From the NCBI GenBank assembly GCA_016867265.1, contig VGJW01000008.1, positions 458 to 64,457 on the forward strand: DNA of 64,000 bases. Reading direction: 5' to 3'. Of the stretch, positions 19,991 to 28,460 are shown piece after piece. This DNA comes from Candidatus Tanganyikabacteria bacterium. Lineage in GTDB: Bacteria > Cyanobacteriota > Sericytochromatia > S15B-MN24 > VGJW01. The translations under genes were made by a program, and so were the position numbers. Each line of letters begins with the position of its first letter. Position 1 is the first letter of the stretch. Below the pieces are notes generated by a model that was given only the letters and a program-made list of their open reading frames with translations, did not search any database and had not been told where the DNA came from.

Positions 19991-21381
19991 GGCAGACCGG
20001 CCTCGCGGCCCTTGCCCTGTGCATCCTCGCCGCGAGCCCGGCAGGTGCGACCCCGAGACCTGACGCAGACGCAGCAGAGGCGACGCGGCTGCTCGTCGAG
20101 CTGGTCCGCGTGGACACAAGCAACCCGCCAGGACGCGAGCGCGAGGCTGCCGAGCGGCTCGCCGGCTGGTGCCGGGCCGAGGGCTTCCGGACCGAGGTCA
20201 TCGAGACCGCCCCGGAGAGGGCGTGTGTCGTGGCCCGCCTGCCCGGGTCCGGTCGCAAGCCCCCGCTGATGCTGCTGAGCCATCTGGACGTGGTGCCTGC
20301 CGAAGCCTCGCAATGGCAGCACCCGCCCTTCGGGGGCGTCGTCCGGGACGGCCGGATCTGGGGGCGAGGCACCCTCGACATGAAGGGCCTGACGGTCATG
20401 GAATTTCTGGCGATGGCTCGGCTGAGCCGGGCCGGCAAGGTCCCCGATCGGGACCTGCTGCTCGTGGCCGTCGCGGATGAGGAGGCGGGGGGAACGTGGG
20501 GCATCAACCGCCTGCTCGAGCTCAGGCCCGAACTGCTGCAGGCCTCGGAGTGCCTGAATGAGGGAGGCTTCGGGCTTGTGGCACCCGACGGAAGCCCTGT
20601 CGTGGGCCTGTCCGTGGCCGAGCGGGGCACGTTCTGGGTACGGATCACGGCCCGTGGCAAGCCGGGCCACGGCTCGGTCGACCGTCCGGACAGCGCCACC
20701 CGCCGTCTGCTGCGCGCCCTCGACCGGCTCGAGCGCACCCCCCGGCCACTGGGCCTCATCCCCGAGGCCGACGCACTAGTCGGAGCCTTGGCGCCAACCC
20801 TGCCGTGGCCCGCGTCCTGGGTCCTGCAGATGTTGCGCTGGCCGGGCATGGCCGGCCTGCTGGGGCCGCTCGTCGTCGCGCGGCAACCCTCCCTGGCCGC
20901 CGCTCTGGGCCCCACCGTCAACCCGACCGTCCTCGAGGCCGGCACCAAGGTCAACGTCGTGCCGGGCGAGGCCAGTGCACTCGTCGACGTGCGCACGATG
21001 CCCGGACAGGCCAGTAGCGAGGCGCTCGCTTGGCTGAAGCACGCCCTTGGCGACGACGCGCTCGACATCCGCGTGCTTCAGGACCGGCCGGGCACGCGAA
21101 GCCAGGCTTCGGGCACGCTCTACGACGCGCTGACCGAAAGCGTCCGTACCCACGTCCCCGATGCCCGCGTCACGCCCATGCTGACGCCTGCGGGCACGAC
21201 GGACTCGGCCAGCCTCCGGCCCCGCGGCGTGGCCTGCATCGGTCTGATGCCCGTCATCGCGAGCCAGGCCCAACTCGAATCCATCCACGGGGATGACGAG
21301 TGGCTGGGCCTCGAGCAACTGGCGATCGGTACCCGCATCGTCGCCGACGCCGTGGCCCGGGCCAGCGGCCTTACGCCCTGA
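19987..21381 (+). CDS. M20-family metallopeptidase (ArgE/DapE/CPG2-like), secreted
   Basis: M20 signatures HLDVVPA and GRGTLDMKG, with an EEAGG metal-ligand region. Signal peptide VRQTGLAALALCILAASPAGA. GTG 19987 overlaps the upstream TGA (GTGA). Confidence 0.85.
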   Translation: MRQTGLAALALCILAASPAGATPRPDADAAEATRLLVELVRVDTSNPPGREREAAERLAGWCRAEGFRTEVIETAPERACVVARLPGSGRKPPLMLLSHLDVVPAEASQWQHPPFGGVVRDGRIWGRGTLDMKGLTVMEFLAMARLSRAGKVPDRDLLLVAVADEEAGGTWGINRLLELRPELLQASECLNEGGFGLVAPDGSPVVGLSVAERGTFWVRITARGKPGHGSVDRPDSATRRLLRALDRLERTPRPLGLIPEADALVGALAPTLPWPASWVLQMLRWPGMAGLLGPLVVARQPSLAAALGPTVNPTVLEAGTKVNVVPGEASALVDVRTMPGQASSEALAWLKHALGDDALDIRVLQDRPGTRSQASGTLYDALTESVRTHVPDARVTPMLTPAGTTDSASLRPRGVACIGLMPVIASQAQLESIHGDDEWLGLEQLAIGTRIVADAVARASGLTP

Positions 21382-22417
21382 CGCCGGACGGACGGTCTGC
21401 CACCACAAGATACTCGTGGTTGCGCAGGCGCCCGACTTCGCCGACCTTGCGGCCCTTGGGATCGTGGATGCCGATGCGGGCCCCGATGTAGCGGACATGC
21501 TCGATGGTCCGCACGTGGACACGGGCCGTCCCGCCCCAGAGGCACCCCAGCATGCCCTCGAGGTCCGCTAGGCCCAGATAGCCCTCGTCGTTGAAAGAGA
21601 CCACCACGCGGTCGCGAGCCCGCAGCGCCCCCAGCACGGCCTCGAAGGCCTCGCGATGGCGGGGCCGCGAGTTGAAGGCGCTACGACGCTCGCGGGTGTC
21701 GACGCGCTTGCACGCAACGCCGTAGGCCTCGGGCGCATCGTCCCGCACCAGCGTCTCCCAGACGTGGTAGTAGGCGTGGTACGCGTGCTGGTTGTACGGC
21801 GGATCGAGGTAGGCCACGTCGACCTCGTGTGCAGCCGCCGCCTCGACGGCTTCGAGGCCCAGCGCCAGGCCCTTGCCAGCCGATGAGCGCGGGATCAGGT
21901 CGGGGATGCGAAGCACGAGATCCCCGAGCGCCCGGGGCGCCCAGTGCTTGAGGTACGCCATCTGCAAGCCGGTCGTCGAATCGACGCGGTCCGCAGCCTC
22001 CATCAGGGCCACCAGCAGGATGGCTTCGCGCTCGGGCATGAGGTCCAGCTTGCCGATGCGCGCCCGGATGGCGTCGATGCGTGCTCCGTTGCGCGGGTGA
22101 AAGAATCGGGCCCGCTCGCAGAAGGTCTCCGTGAAGTAACCGGACGTCCCGGCCACGCCATTGAGCTCGGCGATTAAGGCCGGCAGGTCGCCCATGTGGT
22201 CCGCGGCATCCGCCGCGACATAGCAGCGCGCCAGGACCTCGGCGTAGGCGTTGTGGTCGTTGGCGATGACCCGGTGCCCGAGGCGCTTCAGGGCGTGCCC
22301 CACGCGCGAGGTGCCCGAGAAGAGGTCCAACACCGTACATGGGGCGCCGCGGTCCCCGACGAGGGCGTCGAGGACCGCGGGCATCAGGGCGCGCTTGGAG
22401 CCCAGGTACTTGATCAC
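21371..22417 (-). CDS. D12-class (Dam-like) N6-adenine DNA methyltransferase, orphan
   Basis: N-terminal MIKYLGSKR (Dam 'GSK' SAM motif), FSGTSRVG, and catalytic DPPY (VAYLDPPYNQ). GTG start overlaps the stop of the upstream VIT/vWA gene (GTGA). No restriction endonuclease gene is adjacent. Confidence 0.85.
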   Translation of the reverse strand: MIKYLGSKRALMPAVLDALVGDRGAPCTVLDLFSGTSRVGHALKRLGHRVIANDHNAYAEVLARCYVAADAADHMGDLPALIAELNGVAGTSGYFTETFCERARFFHPRNGARIDAIRARIGKLDLMPEREAILLVALMEAADRVDSTTGLQMAYLKHWAPRALGDLVLRIPDLIPRSSAGKGLALGLEAVEAAAAHEVDVAYLDPPYNQHAYHAYYHVWETLVRDDAPEAYGVACKRVDTRERRSAFNSRPRHREAFEAVLGALRARDRVVVSFNDEGYLGLADLEGMLGCLWGGTARVHVRTIEHVRYIGARIGIHDPKGRKVGEVGRLRNHEYLVVADRPSGVRA

Positions 22418-24834
22418 GCGTTCGGCAACAGCTGGCGGATCTCTCCCAGCAGCGGCGCTGCCAGATGATCCCCCGCCAGATCCTTCTTCCCCGGCGTGAC
22501 CGTCGCCAGCGCGGCAACGTCCGGATTTGCGGATGCCGCCAGCACCTGGCGGACTAGGCCCTGCTGCAACCCGGCCGGCAACAATCGGGCGACCAGATCA
22601 TCGACCCGCCGACGCTCGAAACCAAGCACCAGGGCCAACGCCAGGACCAGCCTCACCAGGACCGGGTCCAGTCCCGCGGCCATCTGGTCCAGCAAGCCGG
22701 GTAGCGCCCGACGGAAGGCCGCCCGTACCTGTGCCTCGTCCTCGACCCATGGGGCGAGGGAGACGAGCACGGCCAAGGTCTGACGTCCCCCGGCCCACTG
22801 GCCGTCCGCCTCCTGATCCAGCAGCAGATCCCGCCAGACGCTGGTCGGGGCGCTGGGCCGGAGCGATCGCGACCGCAAGGAGAGCGCCCTAGGGGAGCCT
22901 TCCTCGCAATCCATCATGTCTGCCGTGTCGAACACGTCGCGGAGGAAGTTGCCGACGGGATTCCAAGACGCAATATTGCGAAGCCGGTCCATGATGCCCT
23001 CCGACGAGGGAACCATGTCATTCACGTCAAGCTCTGGCCCGCCCGCGGAGTACGTCGGCGGCAGGTCCGAAAAGTCCTCGTCCCATCCCGCGGGCGCGTG
23101 GAGCGGCACATCGACCGTGACCGGCCGTCCCTTGACCTTGCGGCCCTTGGCATCGACGGCGACCCAGCTCGTCAGCGGCGTCATGACCTGGTGGGTCACG
23201 GCGAACTCGGCCCAGCGGTCACGTTCCGCGGCGTCGGGATTCTGCCGCAGGGCGTCGAGGACCCGCTCGCGCGCCCACAGGCGCGTCAGGCCGGGACGCT
23301 CGTGGGCCGCCTCGTCTTCCATCACCAGCGGATAGGCCTTCTCGAGGGCACCGGCCACGCCACTGGCCTTCAGGTGGAGCGTGACGGGTCCCTTGCCCTT
23401 GAAGCGGGCGAGCACCTGGAAGGGCTGGCCGTCGATCAGCGGCGGCAGCACGGCCGGCAGTGTCTCGGCCAGCTTGGCCCCTTCCAGCGTATACGTGACC
23501 TCCTCGAGGCGCGGCGCCATGATGGCGGCGAATTGCGCGGCAACCTTGTCGTCGATGGCCTCGCCCGGCACGATGTCGACCGCATCGCCGGCCGTCGCGC
23601 GCGCCAGGCGCTGCAGCAGCCCCATCACGACATTCGCGCCGATCCCGAAGGCATGCAGGCGTGCCTTGGCTCCTTGGGCTCGCTTCTGGTCGACCAGCCC
23701 CGTCAACTGATCCTCGCCCCATACCTGAGCGTCCGTCAGCAGGACATGGACGGCATCGGGCGCCAGCCGATAGGCGGCCTCGAGCGCCCGCTGCATGTCC
23801 GTTCCGCCCCGGGCATCAAGTGTCGCGATCCAGCGGTCGGCGCGCTCAAGCGCCCCCTGGCCAAAGGTCTCGAGCTTCTTCGAGAAGGTCTCGAGCGCAT
23901 CGTCGAACGCCAGAATGCCAAAGCGATCCCCGGGCCTGAGCTGCCTCAGGCAGAGCCGCAAGGCGCGACGTGCCTCTTCCATCGACGCACCCCCCATGGA
24001 GCCCGAGCGATCGACCAGGAAGACCACCTCGAGGGGCCGCTCGGCCGCGCCAGGATCGAGGTTGGCCAATTCCGGCACCACGAAAAGCGACACCACGCCC
24101 TGTCCTGCAGTGCGCTCGGCATGCACCCACGCCATCACCGCCTCGTCCGGTGCACGCATATCGAGCACCAGGTCACGGTCGAGCGGCTCGCCCGGGCCGT
24201 CGAACCCGATCTTGACCGCGTCGCCATCACGCCGGATCAGCAAGTCGTGGCTGGGGCTGTCGACCTCGAGGCCTGCCGTCCACGGCAATTCGAGATCCAG
24301 CGTCAGGCGATAGGGTACGTCGCCCTCGTGCCGCAGTGCGGTTCGGCCCTCCACGCCGCCAGACGCTGCATACCGGGGGGCGACGACGGTCGGGATGCGC
24401 CAGCGCAAGCTGCCTTCACGCGGCTCGAGGGGCACCAGCAAGACCAGTTCGACACGGGTCGGGGCATCCGGGTCCAGGTTGCCGAGCAACAAGCTGAAGA
24501 CCTCGCCGCGGATCTCCTCGACGAGGGCCGCACGGCGGCCGTCCCGAACGGCCCGGCGGTAGGTCTCGGCCGCCTCCTCGCGGCGCTCGACCTTGCCGCG
24601 TGTCACCCGATCGCCCACGGTGAACGAAAAGTCCGTCACGACGGCTCCTGCCGGCAGCGGGAAGACATAGCGGGCCTCGAGCGCCACGCCATTCGGGGCA
24701 GGCGCAAAGTCCTGCACGAGGCGCATCTCGGCCCAGCGGCCGACGATCCTTCCCCCGAGACGCACGGCGGCCAGGGGTACCTGGACATCCCCGGCAAGGC
24801 GAAGCGGAGAATACACAAGCGGGGAGACAGCCAT
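22414..24834 (-). CDS. cytosolic VIT (vault/inter-alpha-trypsin) + von Willebrand factor A domain protein with uncharacterised C-terminal domain
   Basis: ATG 24834 with AAGGAGG RBS; the longer ORF to 25041 is trimmed. VIT-like N-terminus. vWA MIDAS motif VVFLVDRSGSMGG ... GGTDMQRAL. No signal peptide. ~230-aa C-terminal region of unknown type. Confidence 0.8.
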   Translation of the reverse strand: MAVSPLVYSPLRLAGDVQVPLAAVRLGGRIVGRWAEMRLVQDFAPAPNGVALEARYVFPLPAGAVVTDFSFTVGDRVTRGKVERREEAAETYRRAVRDGRRAALVEEIRGEVFSLLLGNLDPDAPTRVELVLLVPLEPREGSLRWRIPTVVAPRYAASGGVEGRTALRHEGDVPYRLTLDLELPWTAGLEVDSPSHDLLIRRDGDAVKIGFDGPGEPLDRDLVLDMRAPDEAVMAWVHAERTAGQGVVSLFVVPELANLDPGAAERPLEVVFLVDRSGSMGGASMEEARRALRLCLRQLRPGDRFGILAFDDALETFSKKLETFGQGALERADRWIATLDARGGTDMQRALEAAYRLAPDAVHVLLTDAQVWGEDQLTGLVDQKRAQGAKARLHAFGIGANVVMGLLQRLARATAGDAVDIVPGEAIDDKVAAQFAAIMAPRLEEVTYTLEGAKLAETLPAVLPPLIDGQPFQVLARFKGKGPVTLHLKASGVAGALEKAYPLVMEDEAAHERPGLTRLWARERVLDALRQNPDAAERDRWAEFAVTHQVMTPLTSWVAVDAKGRKVKGRPVTVDVPLHAPAGWDEDFSDLPPTYSAGGPELDVNDMVPSSEGIMDRLRNIASWNPVGNFLRDVFDTADMMDCEEGSPRALSLRSRSLRPSAPTSVWRDLLLDQEADGQWAGGRQTLAVLVSLAPWVEDEAQVRAAFRRALPGLLDQMAAGLDPVLVRLVLALALVLGFERRRVDDLVARLLPAGLQQGLVRQVLAASANPDVAALATVTPGKKDLAGDHLAAPLLGEIRQLLPNA

Positions 24835-24902
24835 CAGGGACCTCCTTGCGGAACGGAAAACTGGACAGGCGAGGACGGGTGCCGGGAACACGACGGCAGT
24901 CG

Positions 24903-25370
24903 TCACGGGGGGCCAAGGGCCTCCAACCGCGCCAACCACGCGGCGTGACGCACCTTGGCCTCGGCCGTGAGATGTAACTCGACGCCGGGAGCCAGGACCA
25001 CGCGCCACCAGGCCTCGCCTGCCGGCGTCGGCGGCGGGCAAGCCAGCCGCGCTTCTTCCGGTGCCTCGATGGGCCGCGGGTCCCCGTCGGGTTGCTGAAG
25101 GGTCACGCGCCCCGCCAAGACGTCCTCAAGCCATCGGGCATCGGCTTGCGCAAGGGCCCGTCCGATGGCATCGAGGGGCCAGAACTGGTCCTGAAGCCGC
25201 CGGATGGCCTGGAGCCTCAGCAGATGCTCCCGCCCATAGGCTGTCTCGGCCCCCCGGAAATCGGGGGCGTGCAAGAGACCCCGCTGGATGTAGTAGCGAA
25301 CCGTGCGGGGCGAGACACCGGCTGCATGGGCCAACCCGGCCAGCTTCAGGGTTCGGTCGGGGGCTGCCAT
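24903..25370 (-). CDS. MerR-family transcriptional regulator
   Basis: HTH LKLAGLAHAAGVSPRTVRYYIQRGLL followed by a coiled-coil dimerisation helix. GAGAGG RBS. Confidence 0.85.
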   Translation of the reverse strand: MAAPDRTLKLAGLAHAAGVSPRTVRYYIQRGLLHAPDFRGAETAYGREHLLRLQAIRRLQDQFWPLDAIGRALAQADARWLEDVLAGRVTLQQPDGDPRPIEAPEEARLACPPPTPAGEAWWRVVLAPGVELHLTAEAKVRHAAWLARLEALGPP

Positions 25371-25394
25371 GCCCCCAACCTCTCACAAGACACA

Positions 25395-25415
25395 AACACT
25401 GTCAACTAGACAGTG
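25395..25415. promoter_or_regulatory. perfect 7-5-7 palindrome upstream of merR-family gene (candidate operator or terminator of the upstream SDR gene)
   Basis: CACTGTC-AACTA-GACAGTG lies in the 66-bp spacer between the NAD(P)H-binding gene end and the merR start. On the minus strand it is followed by TTTGTGTCTTG. Confidence 0.35.
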
Positions 25416-25436
25416 ACAAACCGACACACCATCGTC

Positions 25437-26069
25437 TTACCAAGCGACAGCAACGCCTTGGCGAATCCATGCTCCCTCCGACAGCTCCTGCACCATGAAG
25501 CCCGCCAGATCCGACCGGTCGATCTGTGCCGAACCCGGAACCCCGACACCAGCCCGCACCTGCCAGCGCCCCCGGGGCTTGCCCGACACCAGGCCCGGCG
25601 GGCGCACCAAGGTCCAATCGATGTCCGCCTCGCGGACCAACGCTTCCATCCGGCGCATGTCCGCGAAGACGGGCTTGAGGAAGAGCGGTTCGATGATGGC
25701 GCGGAAAATCCACGGCAGCTGGTAGTCGGGCGAAGGATCGAGCCCGGCAGCCGTGACGGCGATCAGACGACGGACGCCATGGGTCGCCATGGCTGCCAGG
25801 ATGTGCCGCATGCCCTCCGAATAGACCAGACGGTCCCGCTCGCCTGACCGCATGCCCAGTGCGGACAGCACGGCGTCGCACCCCGCGACGGCCTCGGTTA
25901 CCGAGACGGCATCCAGTACATCCCCCCGGCGCTTCTCGAGACGCTCGTGCACCACGTCCAAGGCCTCGGGCCGGCGGCAGACCGCCACCACCTCCTGACC
26001 CCCCTCGAGCGCCAGGCGCACGGCATGGCGCCCTGTCGACCCCGTCGCCCCGAACACGCAGACCTTCAC
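25437..26069 (-). CDS. NAD(P)H-binding atypical SDR (NmrA/SDR_a-like)
   Basis: Rossmann motif MKVCVFGATGSTGRHAVRLAL. GGAGG RBS. Confidence 0.8.
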   Translation of the reverse strand: MKVCVFGATGSTGRHAVRLALEGGQEVVAVCRRPEALDVVHERLEKRRGDVLDAVSVTEAVAGCDAVLSALGMRSGERDRLVYSEGMRHILAAMATHGVRRLIAVTAAGLDPSPDYQLPWIFRAIIEPLFLKPVFADMRRMEALVREADIDWTLVRPPGLVSGKPRGRWQVRAGVGVPGSAQIDRSDLAGFMVQELSEGAWIRQGVAVAW

Positions 26070-26134
26070 GAACCCACCTCCTCGCCCGGATCAGGCACAA
26101 TGAACCCTAGCACGACCCCGAAGGAGGGCAGACG

Positions 26135-26935
26135 ATGCCGCAGATGCACGAAGTAGACTTTGAAATCAAAGGCGAAACCGTCCACTACGTCGAAGTGGAA
26201 CTGGATCCGGGCGAGGCAGCTGTCTCCGAGGCAGGCGCCATGTTGTGGGCCGAGGATGGCATCGTCATGGAGACGCTCTTCGGGGATGGGTCGCAGAAGA
26301 GCGGCGGCTTCCTCGGTTCGCTGCTGGGCGCGGGCAAGCGCCTGCTGACGGGCGAGTCGCTGTTCGTCACCATCTTCCACAACCAGGGCACCGGCAAGCG
26401 CCGGGTCGCGTTCTCGGCCCACCAGCCGGGCGAGATCGTTCCCGTCTCGCTGGATACGGTCGGCGGCACGCTCATCGCGCAGAAGGAAGCCTTCCTCTGC
26501 GGGGCCAAGGGCGTCAGCATCGGCCTGCATCTGCAGCGCAAGCTGGGCGCGGGGTTCTTCGGCGGCGAGGGCTTCATCATGCAGAAGCTCGAAGGCGACG
26601 GCCTGGTGTTCCTGTCGGCCGGTGGCTCGCTCATCCAGCGGTCGCTGCGTGACGGCGAGCGTCTCCGCGTCGATACCGGATGCGTCGTGGCCTACGAGAC
26701 TTCGGTCGACTTCGACATCGAGCTGGTCCGGGGCCTGAAGTCGATGTTCTTCAGCGGCGAAGGCATGTTCCAGTCGACGTTGGTCGGTCCCGGCCGCATC
26801 TGGCTGCAGTCGATGCCGTTCTCACGGATGGCGAGCGCCGTCGTCTCGGCGGCGGGCATCCGTCCAGGAAGCAGCAGCAGCGGCGGTGGATCCGCCCTCG
26901 GGATGATTGGCGACATGCTCGGAGGTAACGAGTAA
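26135..26935 (+). CDS. TIGR00266/AIM24-family protein
   Basis: Characteristic Gly-rich beta-strand repeats (AFLCGAKGVSIGLHLQRKLGAGFFGGEGFIMQKLEGDGLVFLSAGGSLIQRSLRDGERLRVDTGCVVAYE). GAAGGAGGG RBS. Confidence 0.85.
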   Translation: MPQMHEVDFEIKGETVHYVEVELDPGEAAVSEAGAMLWAEDGIVMETLFGDGSQKSGGFLGSLLGAGKRLLTGESLFVTIFHNQGTGKRRVAFSAHQPGEIVPVSLDTVGGTLIAQKEAFLCGAKGVSIGLHLQRKLGAGFFGGEGFIMQKLEGDGLVFLSAGGSLIQRSLRDGERLRVDTGCVVAYETSVDFDIELVRGLKSMFFSGEGMFQSTLVGPGRIWLQSMPFSRMASAVVSAAGIRPGSSSSGGGSALGMIGDMLGGNE

Positions 26936-28386
26936 TGCGGCGGACGAACCGGCAAGTATTCTCCATGCTGGCCTTCTCGGTCGGCATCGTCGGTCTCGCG
27001 ACCGAGGCCAACGCCCAGGTCAAGCGAAGCGGCGGACCAGCTTCGCTGAGCACCCCGGCGCCGCTCAAGCCTGCAGCAGCGCCCGTGAGCGCCGGCATGC
27101 CCGCCCAGGTCGCCGAGGCCAAGGGACACACGGGACTCTCCATCGACATCGGGATCGGCCTTGGCGGTGCCCACGGCCAAGCCGGCACGGCGACCGTGCG
27201 GACAAAGACCGCGGCCGAAATCGTCAACGACATCGATCCCTCGCCCAAGAACGCCAGCACGGTGACCTCGGACGTCACCAGCACGACGCTGGGTGGCGGG
27301 CTGGGTGCCAGCTACGGTCTCGGATTGCGCTGGCGCAGCGGCGAGGGCTGGGGAACCAGCCTGCGCATCGACGGGGGTGGGTTCTCCTCCGGTACATCCA
27401 CGACGGCGCTGGGCAGCCTGGGCCGGACAGACAAGGATGCGGTCGCCTCCGTGGCAACGGAAGGCACGAAGACCACCGCGAAGACTCTGGGCGATCGCCT
27501 GGATGTCTCATCCTTGCTGGCGGGCGTGCTTGGTGCATCGGTAGCCCTGACCTTCCCTGTCCCGCTTCCTGCCAACCAACAGCCCGCTGTCGGCCCCGCC
27601 CCGACGACGACAACGTTCACGGGGCTGGGCAACTTGGCGCAGGCAGGTGGTACCTTTGCGGTACGGGACGGGGCGGTCGACAATGCCGGCACCACCAGCA
27701 CCTTCAAGTCGACGGGCGGCATCGCCTACCGTCACGCGGCCTCGCTCCTGATCTACGACATGACGGCGGCCACGAGCATGGCCGTCATGCGTCGTCCTGA
27801 TGCCGAAATCAGCCTCGTGGGCGGCCTCACCGTGCCCGCGGCCGTGCGTTCGGCCTCGTTCGTGCAGCAGACGGTGGATGCCACCGGCAAGCCTGCCGAG
27901 CTTTCGGAGCTGGAGACCCTCACCACGACGGCGGACGGCGCGGCCAAGGGCTCGGTCCTCAACGGCTTGAACGCCACCAGCAACGTCACGGTGGACACCA
28001 CCGAGGTCATGTTCGGCCCCCTGCTGGGCGCCGAGGGACACGTGGCACTTGGGTCCGGTGCGACGATCTACGGCCAGGTCGGCTGGGCACCTGCTCTGGG
28101 TGGCCAGGGCAGCAGCCGGACCCGCAGCGTCGAATCCGGTGTGCGCCGGGTCGAGACCATCGCGGAAGACAAAAGCGCCACGACTACCGAGAACCAGATA
28201 GCCAACAGCGTGACCACGGAAACGGCCCGCGGCTTCCTGGGCCAGTCCGCCCAGGGCCTCGTCGGCCTGCAACTGCAGGTGCTGGGTCTCGACACGTTCG
28301 TCGAGACGGGCGCGCGCACCTACACGTTCGGCACGGGGCCCCAGACGGTCTGGCATGTCCGAGGCGGCGCCGGCCTGTCGTTCTGA
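26935..28386 (+). CDS. outer-membrane beta-barrel protein
   Basis: Signal peptide MRRTNRQVFSMLAFSVGIVGLATEANAQ. Alternating amphipathic strands. C-terminal ...VRGGAGLSF ending in Phe. ATG overlaps the upstream TAA (TAATG). Confidence 0.6.
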   Translation: MRRTNRQVFSMLAFSVGIVGLATEANAQVKRSGGPASLSTPAPLKPAAAPVSAGMPAQVAEAKGHTGLSIDIGIGLGGAHGQAGTATVRTKTAAEIVNDIDPSPKNASTVTSDVTSTTLGGGLGASYGLGLRWRSGEGWGTSLRIDGGGFSSGTSTTALGSLGRTDKDAVASVATEGTKTTAKTLGDRLDVSSLLAGVLGASVALTFPVPLPANQQPAVGPAPTTTTFTGLGNLAQAGGTFAVRDGAVDNAGTTSTFKSTGGIAYRHAASLLIYDMTAATSMAVMRRPDAEISLVGGLTVPAAVRSASFVQQTVDATGKPAELSELETLTTTADGAAKGSVLNGLNATSNVTVDTTEVMFGPLLGAEGHVALGSGATIYGQVGWAPALGGQGSSRTRSVESGVRRVETIAEDKSATTTENQIANSVTTETARGFLGQSAQGLVGLQLQVLGLDTFVETGARTYTFGTGPQTVWHVRGGAGLSF

Positions 28387-28397
28387 CATGCGCACAC

Positions 28398-28432
28398 CGG
28401 GGGTCGGATGCCGTGAGCATCGGCCCCCGGTC
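28398..28432 (+). terminator. terminator-like hairpin after OMP gene
   Basis: CCGGGGGTCGGATGC-CGTGA-GCATCGGCCCCCGG imperfect long inverted repeat followed by TCCTGCTTGG. Confidence 0.35.
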
Positions 28433-28460
28433 CTGCTTGGGGTAAGGTGAGGACATCACC

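Noticed and set aside
21371-22417. Dam-like MTase as part of a type II R-M system
   Set aside because: No nuclease-like ORF flanks it (upstream is a VIT-vWA protein, downstream a convergent M20 peptidase). It is treated as an orphan or vWA-coupled MTase.
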